A stretch of DNA of 64,000 nucleotides from the human T2T-CHM13v2.0 reference genome, Homo sapiens. A program made the position numbers and the translations under genes. The DNA lies in assembly GCF_009914755.1 (NCBI RefSeq), contig NC_060939.1, one strand, 5' to 3'. The notes beneath the pieces are model-generated. The model saw nothing but the letters and a program-made list of their open reading frames with translations. It had not been told where the DNA came from and searched no databases. Below, piece by piece: positions 1 to 7,774 of the stretch; the first letter of the stretch is position 1, and each line of letters starts with the position of its first letter.

Positions 1-798
1 TGTTGATGATGGATGTGAGAGTGGTGAAGCCCTGCGGGATGATGTAGAGGACTTCCACATCCCTGGTGAGGAGCTGCCCCTTGGGTCTGAGTTTCTGGGA
101 GGGGAGAGGGAGAAGCTGGGTGAGGCAGGCATGAATCTTGAGGAGTCAGGGCTGGGGGACCGCTCATATTCTCCCGAGACCTGTGAGTCTCTGGGGGACT
201 CCTGGGTGCATGGGGCTGACTCCCGCAGGAACCTGGGGATGGCTGGAGAGTAACTGGGAGCCACAGGAGGGTCCCTGAGGCCTGGGGGTGAAGAGATGCA
301 AGACACAGGGGTGGAGCAGCGTGAGGCTCGTGAGTTTGTAGGTGATTCCTGGGTGTGGGGGGCTGACTCCAGCTGAAATCTGGGGTTGTTTGGAGAGTAG
401 CTGGGAGACACAGGAGACCCCCCGAGAGCTGGGGGTGAGCTGCTGGGTGATGGCAGTAAGAACATGTGGTATATTATTGATGAACGTGGGGACTCTGAGG
501 AGTCCTCAGAGGAGGACACGGCAGAGCCCAATGGCTTCATTGATTGCCCATCACGGTGAGGACAGGGAAATGGGAGCTTGTGGGATTCTGGTGATGACAG
601 AGGTGAGTGTGGTGAAGCCCTAGGGGATGGTGAATGGTAGTTCCGGATCCCTGGTGAGGAGCTTCCCCTTAAGCCTGAGTTTCTGAGAGGGGAGAGGGAG
701 AAGCTGGGTGAGGCTCGCATGGACCTTGGGGTGTCCGTGATGGGGGACCGTTCATAAGAAGAGCCAGACAAGACCCTACTGTTCTTAGGTGCAGACAT
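1..798 (-). CDS. 5' part (about 266 codons) of the Ser/Pro-rich CTD-like repeat ORF, copy 1; truncated by window start
   Basis: Matches 6597-7394 of the next copy; ATG is + strand cat at 796-798. Confidence 0.55.
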   Translation of the reverse strand, partial: MSAPKNSRVLSGSSYERSPITDTPRSMRASPSFSLSPLRNSGLRGSSSPGIRNYHSPSPRASPHSPLSSPESHKLPFPCPHRDGQSMKPLGSAVSSSEDSSESPRSSIIYHMFLLPSPSSSPPALGGSPVSPSYSPNNPRFQLESAPHTQESPTNSRASRCSTPVSCISSPPGLRDPPVAPSYSPAIPRFLRESAPCTQESPRDSQVSGEYERSPSPDSSRFMPASPSFSLSPPRNSDPRGSSSPGMWKSSTSSRRASPLSHPSST

Positions 799-859
799 GA
801 TTAGGAAACCTGCAGCTCCCAGGGGCCCCCACTAATGTTCTAACTCGCAGAAGGAAGGA

Positions 860-912
860 GTGTGTGTGCGTGTGTGCGTGTGCGTGTGCGTGTGTGTGTT
901 TGTGTGTGTGCG
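860..912. repeat. (TG)/(CG) alternating purine-pyrimidine microsatellite, in every unit
   Basis: gtgtgtgtgcgtgtgtgcgtgtgcg... read directly; length varies between unit types. Confidence 0.9.
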
Positions 913-960
913 GTGTGAGGTATGGGCCCCTTAAAGAAATGGAAATCAACCAACCAATGG

Positions 961-985
961 GACAGACAGACAGACAGACAGACAG
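961..985. repeat. (GACA)n microsatellite, in every unit
   Basis: About six gaca units read directly. Confidence 0.9.
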
Positions 986-1107
986 AGATTCACTTGCCCA
1001 AGTGTTCTGTCCTGTCCTCTGAATCCGCTTTCAAGTCGCAAGACGCTGTGAGCTCCAAGTCCACGCAGAGTCCGCCAAACGCTCCGGCCGCTGATCCGCT
1101 CCGCGAA

Positions 1108-1178
1108 GATCTGAGTACAGGCCAGCCAGGGTGGGTTTAAATAGCCTCGGGCGCAGCCTAGCAGCGGAAAGGGCGGAG
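1108..1178 (-). promoter_or_regulatory. Pol II core promoter: GC box (1171-1176), TATTTAAA (1143-1136), Inr TCAGATC (A+1 at 1112)
   Basis: The first T of the TATA box is 31 nt upstream of a perfect YYANWYY Inr, with GGGCGG at about -60 in a locally CpG-rich patch. TATA is retained at 7732, 14328, 20628, 26931, 33230, 39542, 45845, 52148 and 58743. Confidence 0.65.
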
Positions 1179-1719
1179 CCTCACTCCTCCTTTCCATCAG
1201 TCACCCCCAACTTTCCCAGGCTACACCTCGTAGGAAACTGTTCTCCTGCTTTGATTTCATGCGCCACCTTTGGGACAATCTAAGAACTTACAGGTTTTCT
1301 TGGCCAGATTTATTAGGAATTGTATGCACTGAAACACTGAAAACCAACTAGTGGTTCTGTGCTTCCCACGTTGTGGTTTTGACACCAGCAGCATCCTTGC
1401 CACAATCAAACCCCGGAGATCCGCAGATCTGTGTTGTAACAAGACCTCCCCCTGACCCTGAAGCATGGCAGTTGAAGAAGTCTTTCCGTGTAAGCGAAAA
1501 GACTTTGAAGAAAAGGTGGAGATATGCGTTGTATAAACATTCTTTTGCTCTGGAACCACGTAGAGACTTGGGAGCCAGTTGGGTGGAGCATTCGTTGGAT
1601 GAGGGTGCTCGGGTTAGGAATATCAAGGTGTTTCTCCAGATAATCCAATCATCTAATTAAGATTCCAGTTATGCTCATCTGTTTTAAAATTCCGTTTGGG
1701 TAAATTCTTTTAGTCAGAC

Positions 1720-2190
1720 TGAGAATGGCAAAGCCTCAACCCCAATTTCCAGGGAGGGTGGAGAGCCTCAGGTGGAGTTGATCACCAATAGCCTATGGTT
1801 TAACCCATCATGCCTATAGAATGAGGTCTCCATCAAAACCCAAAAGGACTGGGTTCAGAGAGCTTCTGGATAACACTTCCTGGAAGGTAGTGCACCCCTC
1901 CCCGCATGCCGGGCCCCACATTTATTTCTGAACTTTGTGCAATGTCCGCTAAAATACAACGGCAAATGTAAGTGTTTCCCTGCGTGCTGTGAGCTCTTCC
2001 AGCAAATGAATGCAACTAAATCTGGGAGTGGTGGCAACCTGATTTATAGCCAGTTGCTGAGAAGCACAGGTAAAACAACGTAGGGCTTCCCATTGTTGTT
2101 GGTGTGGGAGGCCTGTCTGGCGGGACTCGGCCCTTTGGAATCTAATGCTATGTCCCGGTAGATAGCGTCACCATTGAATTAGAAGACACA
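1720..2190 (+). mobile_element. MER21-like ERV LTR fragment, one per unit
   Basis: ttgatcaccaatagcc...catcatgcctatagaatgaggtctccatcaaaacccaaaaggactgggttcagagagcttc and gatagcgtcaccattgaattagaagacac resemble the MER21 consensus as recalled. Boundaries are approximate. Confidence 0.65.
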
Positions 2191-2364
2191 CATATGTGGA
2201 GAATAATCTTTCTGGTCATTTACTGCATGTCATATTTACAACATGTAATCAAATTCTTTATCCTGACCTTATGGCACCTGGGTTTAGGACCATGATTTGA
2301 ACCAAACGTTGGTCTGTCACTTTCTGAGTTTGAAACTTTATTTTGCCTTTAGCGTTTTGCTATT

Positions 2365-2665
2365 GCTTTTTCGTTTTCTTTTGTTTCGTTTCGTTTCTAA
2401 GTTCTGGGGTATATGTGCAGGATGTGCAGATTTGTTACTAAGGTAAACGTGTGCCATGGTGGTTTGCTGCACCTGTCAACCCGTCACCTAGGTATTAAGC
2501 CCAGCATGCAGTAGCTGTTTTTCTTAACGCTCTGCCTCCCGAAAGGCCCCAGTGTGTGTTGTTCCCCTTCCTGTGTCCATGGGATCTCACTTTTCAGCTC
2601 CCATTATAAGTGAGAAGGTGGCGTTTGGTTTTCTTTCCCTGGATTAGTTTGCTGACGATAATGAC
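2365..2665 (-). mobile_element. L1PA-family LINE-1 3' end with degenerate poly(A), antisense, one per unit
   Basis: A T-rich tail is followed by taagttctggggtatatgtgcaggatgtgcagatttgttac...gtgccatggtggtttgctgcacc...taggtattaagcccagcatgca, the characteristic primate L1 3' terminus in reverse. Confidence 0.85.
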
Positions 2666-2680
2666 CACACATCACCACTG

Positions 2681-3020
2681 TTTTTGTTTTTTAGTATAAA
2701 GAGTAGTATTTTATTGAATAAGATTTGCTCACAGAAAAATAAGCTTAAATCTACAATGAATGCCAGACCCTACAGCAGAAAGCAATTTTCTCACTTTTCC
2801 ACACACAATGGTTCCTACTAAGTGAAAAAAAAGCCATAAAATTTCATTCACAAATGTACTACTCTGTCTCAAAACATCTCACGTAATCATGCACTGTACT
2901 AAAGCCAACAGATCAGTTCTTCAGTCAGGTTAAAGAAGTATCCCTCTAATAACTGACTTTTATAATGCTATCAATATCCACTCCCAATCAGTCTGCCATT
3001 GTTAGTGGTGTACAGCATTA
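2681..3020 (-). other. Polyadenylated retrocopy-like fragment (3'UTR-like), one per unit
   Basis: Minus-strand AATAAA (+ tttatt 2710-2715) lies 17 nt before an A tract (+ T tract 2681-2692), with AT-rich UTR-like sequence. The parent is unknown and the 5' boundary is a guess. Confidence 0.45.
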
Positions 3021-3054
3021 CTGAATACAACGGAATTGATGACGCCCATATCCA

Positions 3055-3125
3055 CAGACAAACCGTGACTTATGATGGTTTGATTTATGATTTTTCAACG
3101 TTATGATGGGTTTATTGGAATATTA
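3055..3125. mobile_element. Short Tigger/MER47-like DNA transposon fragment
   Basis: gacttatgatggtttgatttatgatttttcaacgttatgatgggtttattgg resembles a CpG-decayed subterminal motif (gacttacgat...ttttcaacttacgatgggtttatcgg) as recalled. Confidence 0.4.
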
Positions 3126-3407
3126 GATTTGTTTCTGAGTTACACTGGGTTTATGAGTATGCGACCCTACACTCCAGAAACAGCTGTACAAGGAAAAACA
3201 GGTGTACCTAATAAAAATATGCTTAGTGACTTGGGATAAACCAATAGAAGTTCACAAGTGATGGAGAGCCGTGAAAGAGAGATAGCGGTAAATAGTTACA
3301 ATAACACAATTTTCCTGCACCTGTCGAGGATTTCCCCCAAAAAACGCAGAATGTGGGATGCACCTAAGGCATATGAAAGAGAGAGGGCAGAAGGAGTAAG
3401 AGAGAAA

Positions 3408-3525
3408 TAGGAGGAAGGAAGGAAGGAAGCAAGGAAGAAAGGAAGGTAGGAAAGAAGGAAGGTAGGACGGAAGGAAGGAAGGAAGGAAGGAAGGAAGGAA
3501 GGAAAGAAGGATGAAAGGAAGGAGA
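3408..3525 (+). repeat. (GGAA)n polypurine microsatellite, one per unit, variable in 4-bp steps
   Basis: Read directly; also at about 10005, 16600, 22890, 29190, 35500, 41800, 48105, 54410 and 61015. Confidence 0.95.
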
Positions 3526-3579
3526 AAACACCGGTGTTACTAAAACCCCCCAAAAAAATGGTTTCCCCCTGTGGGTAAG

Positions 3580-3910
3580 CCTACAATGTGGATGAATCTT
3601 GAAAATATTGTGCTACGTGTTATGTCAGTCATAGCAGCTCACCTATTGTGCAATTCCGTTTATAGGAAATGTCCACAATATGGAAATCTATGCATATGGG
3701 ATTGATCGCACTAGGTAGTTGCTACCTAGGGCTGAGGGTCAGGGAGAGGGTTTGAGACAGAATGAGGAGTGACTAATGTCTACAGGGTCTTTCTCTGGTC
3801 GGGGGTGATAAGACGTTTTACAATGGATTGCGAATTAAAATTGAATGTGCACAACCACAGGTATACTAAAAGCCACTCAATTCATGACCTTTAATGGGGG
3901 AATCTTACGT
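3580..3910 (+). mobile_element. Old L1M (L1MB/L1MD-like) 3'-region fragment, one per unit
   Basis: tggatgaatcttgaaaatattgtgcta...tattgtgcaattccgtttataggaaatgtcca...ggtagttgctacctagggctg...atactaaaagccactcaatt are typical mammalian L1M 3'UTR motifs. Confidence 0.65.
3890..3895 (-). terminator. Candidate poly(A) signal ATTAAA about 230 nt after the ORF stop
   Basis: + strand tttaat, followed on the minus strand by GT-rich sequence (gagtggcttttagtatacctgtggttgtg). Confidence 0.35.
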
Positions 3911-4121
3911 GGCGTAGTCTCATGGAGACCACGGCAGACATAGTGAGAGAGAAAAAGGTGAGTAAATATCTGAAACGGAGGCAGAAACAGAGAGAATGTA
4001 AAGCCCTGTGAATGGAAGGGAGAGCGAAAAGGGAAAATGGTCCTATTTACAAATGACAGATGTGAAACTGGGGTTCACATCAACAGTGTCACTGCCAGGA
4101 AGGAGGGTCATGCTAGCCATG

Positions 4122-7100
4122 TCACCGGTAGTGTGGCCCGCAGGGAGGCCGACCTGCTGGAGCGTCGTGCCAGCATGGGCTGTGGCAACCACGTGGGCCA
4201 GCAGGAGGTTCCCGCTGCACAGCTGTGGGGTGAGGATAGACTGGGTGGTGATATCGGCCATTACAGGGGCCTCTTCTGCTGGCAAGAGTGTGACAGTAGC
4301 AAGTAGATGGACAGGCCTGCGTGTGAGGACGGAATGCAGGAGGGGTTCTTGTGCGCCTGGGTGTGGGGCCCTCACGGGAACCGTGGAGAAATGGCCAGGT
4401 AACTGCGTCATGTGGGCTAGTAGATTGGCCAGGGCTTCGAACTGAAGGACGATAACGGGGAGTAGCTGTCAGGCCCTGGGAGTGCCTGAGTGTAAGTGGA
4501 GATGGGTTTGGGGTCACTGAGGGATGCGTGGGAGCCATCCCTGTATAGGTACAGGTCATAGGGAGATAGTCTCGTGAGGCCTGTGAGTGTCTAGGGTTGT
4601 CCTGGGTGCCTGGGGCTGACTGTGGCAGAAATCTGGGGAAGGCTGGAGAGAAGCTGGGAGACCCAGGAGAGTCCCTGAAGGCAGGGGGTGAAGAGGTGAA
4701 AGAAATGGGGGAGGGTTGCAGTAAGGTCCGTGAGTTTGTAGGTGATTCCTGGGTGCGGGAAGCTGACTCCAGATGAAATCTGGAGATGGTTGGAGAGTAG
4801 CTGAGAGAGACAGAAGAGTCCCTGAGGGCTGGGGGTGAGAACATGAGGGAGACGGGGGAGTAAGTCAGTGAAATTCGTGAGTTCGGTGGTGTATCGTGGG
4901 TGCCTGGAACTGACTCCAGCTGGAATCTAGAGAAGTTTTGAGAGTAGCTGAAGGAGACACAAGAGTCCCTGTGGGCTGAGGGCAAAGACCTGAGACAGAC
5001 CAGGGAGGACCTCAGTGAAGTCTGTGAGTCTGTAGGTGATTCCGGAGTGTGGGAGGCTGACTCCCGCTGAAATCTGGGCGTGGTGGGAGAGTAGCTGGGA
5101 CAGACAGGAGAGTCCCAGGGGGCTGGGGGTGAAGACGTGAGAGAGACTGGGGAGTAACTCAGTGAAATTGCTGAGTTGGTTGGTGATACCTGGGTGCCTG
5201 GAACTGACCCCCGCTGAAATCTGGGCATGGTTGGAGAGTAGCTGGGACACACAGGAGAGTCCCTGAGGGCTGGGGGTGAAGACATGAGCGAGACCGGGGA
5301 GTAACTGAGTGAAACTGGTGAGTTTGGTGGTGACTCCGGGGTGCCTGGAACTGACTCCAGCTGAAATGTGGGCGTGGTTGGAGAGTAGCTGGGACAGACA
5401 GGAGAGTCCCTGAGGACTGGTGAAGACATGAGAGAGACTGGAGAGTAATTGAGTGAAATTGGTGAGTTTGGTGGTGATTCCTGGGTGCCTGGAACTGACT
5501 CCCGCTGAAGTGTGGGCGTGGTTGGAGAGTAGCTGGGACACACAGGAGAGTCCCTGAGGGTTGGAGATAAAGACGTGCTAGAGACTGAGGAGTAACTGAG
5601 TGAAATTGGTGAGTTTGGTGGTGATTCCGGGGTGCCTGGAACGGACTCCAGCTGAAATGTGGGCGTGGTTGGAGAGTAGCTGGGACAGACGGGAGAGTCC
5701 CTGAGGGATGGTGAAGACATGAGAGAGACTGGGGAGTAACGCAGTGAAATTGGTGAGTTTGGTGGTGATTTCTGGGTGCCTGCAACGGACTCCCGCTGAA
5801 GTGTGGGCGTGCTTGGAGAGTAGCTGGGACAGACAGGCGAGTCCCTGAGGGTTGGAGATAAAGACGTGCTAGAGACTGAGGAGTAACTGAGTGAAATTGG
5901 TGAGTTTGGTGGTGATTCCGGGGTGCCTGGAACGGACTCCAGCTGAAATGTGGGCGTGGTTGGAGAGTAGCTGGGACAGACGGGAGAGTCCCTGAGGGAT
6001 GGTGAAGACATGAGAGAGACTGGGGAGTAACGCAGTGAAATTGGTGAGTTTGGTGGTGATTTCTGGGTGCCTGCAACGGACTCCCGCTGAAGTGTGGGCG
6101 TGCTTGGAGAGTAGCTGGGACAGACAGGCGAGTCCCTGAGGGTTGGAGATAAAGACGTGCTGGAGACTGGGGAGTAACTCAGTGAAAGTGGGGGGCTTGG
6201 TGGTGATCCCAGGGTTCCTGGAACTGACCCGCGCTGAAATGTGGGCGTGGTTGGAGAGTAGCTGGGACAGACTGGAGGGTCCGTAAGGGCTGGGGGTGAA
6301 GACGTGAGAGAGACTGGCGAGGATCTCACTGAGGTCTGTGAGTTTGTAGGTGTTTCTGGGGTGTGGGGTACAGACTCCCGCTGAAATCTGGGCGTAGTTG
6401 GAGAGTAGCTGGGACAGACAGGAGAGTCATGGGTGGCTGGGGGTGAGCTGCTGGATGATGGCAGTAAGAACATATGGTACATTATTGATGAATGAGGTGA
6501 CTGTGAAGAATCTCCAGAGGAGGACACGGGAGAACACAATGACATGAGTGACTGTCCTGCTTGGTTAGGAAAGGGAAACGTAAAGTTGTGGAATTCTGTT
6601 GATGATGGATGTGAGAGTGGTGAAGCCCTGCGGGATGATGTAGAGGACTTCCACATCCCTGGTGAGGAGCTGCCCCTTGGGTCTGAGTTTCTGGGAGGGG
6701 AGAGGGAGAAGCTGGGTGAGGCAGGCATGAATCTTGAGGAGTCAGGGCTGGGGGACCGCTCATATTCTCCCGAGACCTGTGAGTCTCTGGGGGACTCCTG
6801 GGTGCATGGGGCTGACTCCCGCAGGAACCTGGGGATGGCTGGAGAGTAACTGGGAGCCACAGGAGGGTCCCTGAGGCCTGGGGGTGAAGAGATGCAAGAC
6901 ACAGGGGTGGAGCAGCGTGAGGCTCGTGAGTTTGTAGGTGATTCCTGGGTGTGGGGGGCTGACTCCAGCTGAAATCTGGGGTTGTTTGGAGAGTAGCTGG
7001 GAGACACAGGAGACCCCCCGAGAGCTGGGGGTGAGCTGCTGGGTGATGGCAGTAAGAACATGTGGTATATTATTGATGAACGTGGGGACTCTGAGGAGTC

Positions 7101-7394
7101 CTCAGAGGAGGACACGGCAGAGCCCAATGGCTTCATTGATTGCCCATCACGGTGAGGACAGGGAAATGGGAGCTTGTGGGATTCTGGTGATGACAGAGGT
7201 GAGTGTGGTGAAGCCCTAGGGGATGGTGAATGGTAGTTCCGGATCCCTGGTGAGGAGCTTCCCCTTAAGCCTGAGTTTCTGAGAGGGGAGAGGGAGAAGC
7301 TGGGTGAGGCTCGCATGGACCTTGGGGTGTCCGTGATGGGGGACCGTTCATAAGAAGAGCCAGACAAGACCCTACTGTTCTTAGGTGCAGACAT
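4122..7394 (-). CDS. Putative Ser/Pro/Thr-rich disordered protein with Pol II CTD-like YSPTTP repeats, long form (1090 aa), copy 2
   Basis: Uninterrupted ATG-TGA ORF, A at Kozak -3, upstream TATA/Inr/GC box, 48/49-aa repeats. Translation is unproven. Confidence 0.65.
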   Translation of the reverse strand: MSAPKNSRVLSGSSYERSPITDTPRSMRASPSFSLSPLRNSGLRGSSSPGIRNYHSPSPRASPHSPLSSPESHKLPFPCPHRDGQSMKPLGSAVSSSEDSSESPRSSIIYHMFLLPSPSSSPPALGGSPVSPSYSPNNPRFQLESAPHTQESPTNSRASRCSTPVSCISSPPGLRDPPVAPSYSPAIPRFLRESAPCTQESPRDSQVSGEYERSPSPDSSRFMPASPSFSLSPPRNSDPRGSSSPGMWKSSTSSRRASPLSHPSSTEFHNFTFPFPNQAGQSLMSLCSPVSSSGDSSQSPHSSIMYHMFLLPSSSSSPPATHDSPVCPSYSPTTPRFQRESVPHTPETPTNSQTSVRSSPVSLTSSPPALTDPPVCPSYSPTTPTFQRGSVPGTLGSPPSPPLSLSYSPVSSTSLSPTLRDSPVCPSYSPSTPTLQRESVAGTQKSPPNSPISLRYSPVSLMSSPSLRDSPVCPSYSPTTPTFQLESVPGTPESPPNSPISLSYSSVSSTSLSPTLRDSPVCPSYSPSTPTLQRESVAGTQKSPPNSPISLRYSPVSLMSSPSLRDSPVCPSYSPTTPTFQLESVPGTPESPPNSPISLSYSSVSSTSLSPTLRDSPVCPSYSPTTPTLQRESVPGTQESPPNSPISLNYSPVSLMSSPVLRDSPVCPSYSPTTPTFQLESVPGTPESPPNSPVSLSYSPVSLMSSPPALRDSPVCPSYSPTMPRFQRGSVPGTQVSPTNSAISLSYSPVSLTSSPPAPWDSPVCPSYSPTTPRFQRESASHTPESPTDSQTSLRSSLVCLRSLPSAHRDSCVSFSYSQNFSRFQLESVPGTHDTPPNSRISLTYSPVSLMFSPPALRDSSVSLSYSPTISRFHLESASRTQESPTNSRTLLQPSPISFTSSPPAFRDSPGSPSFSPAFPRFLPQSAPGTQDNPRHSQASRDYLPMTCTYTGMAPTHPSVTPNPSPLTLRHSQGLTATPRYRPSVRSPGQSTSPHDAVTWPFLHGSREGPTPRRTRTPPAFRPHTQACPSTCYCHTLASRRGPCNGRYHHPVYPHPTAVQREPPAGPRGCHSPCWHDAPAGRPPCGPHYR
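4590..6450. repeat. 147/144-bp satellite block (ACRO1-like), present in every unit and extending in diverged form to about 7350
   Basis: The motif ggagagtagctgggacaga...gagtccctgaggg recurs every 144-147 bp. A 147-bp monomer is the known ACRO1 unit size. Confidence 0.85.
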
Positions 7395-7703
7395 GATTAG
7401 GAAACCTGCAGCTCCCAGGGGCCCCCACTAATGTTCTAACTCGCAGAAGGAAGGAGTGTGTGTGCGTGTGTGCGTGTGCGTGTGCGTGTGTGTGTTTGTG
7501 TGTGTGCGGTGTGAGGTATGGGCCCCTTAAAGAAATGGAAATCAACCAACCAATGGGACAGACAGACAGACAGACAGACAGAGATTCACTTGCCCAAGTG
7601 TTCTGTCCTGTCCTCTGAATCCGCTTTCAAGTCGCAAGACGCTGTGAGCTCCAAGTCCACGCAGAGTCCGCCAAACGCTCCGGCCGCTGATCCGCTCCGC
7701 GAA

Positions 7704-7774
7704 GATCTGAGTACAGGCCAGCCAGGGTGGGTTTAAATAGCCTCGGGCGCAGCCTAGCAGCGGAAAGGGCGGAG
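7704..7774 (-). promoter_or_regulatory. Core promoter of the copy 2 ORF (TATA 7739-7732, Inr A at 7708, GC box 7767-7772)
   Basis: Same motifs and spacing as at 1108-1178. Confidence 0.65.

Noticed and set aside
922-2037. Many 60-100 aa ORFs in the promoter, spacer and LTR region
   Set aside because: Short, overlapping, often non-ATG starts and no recognisable domains; recurrence only reflects unit duplication.
3296-3553. FLPSFLPS-type ORFs
   Set aside because: Translations of the (TTCC)n microsatellite; the frame changes between copies.
4927-6076. Overlapping 204-aa and 208-305-aa minus-strand ORFs in alternative frames
   Set aside because: These are shadow frames of a stop-poor tandem repeat with unit length divisible by 3. 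They are also a caution that openness of the repeat core alone is weak evidence of coding.
4590-6450. CRISPR-like regularly spaced repeats
   Set aside because: The intervening sequences are themselves homologous, there are no cas genes, and the context is primate (L1, LTR).
4122-7394. Calling the ORF POLR2A/RPB1, a mucin, an extensin or PRR20
   Set aside because: It has no polymerase catalytic domains, no signal peptide or transmembrane segment, and does not resemble PRR20 as I recall it despite a similar unit size. No gene symbol was assigned.
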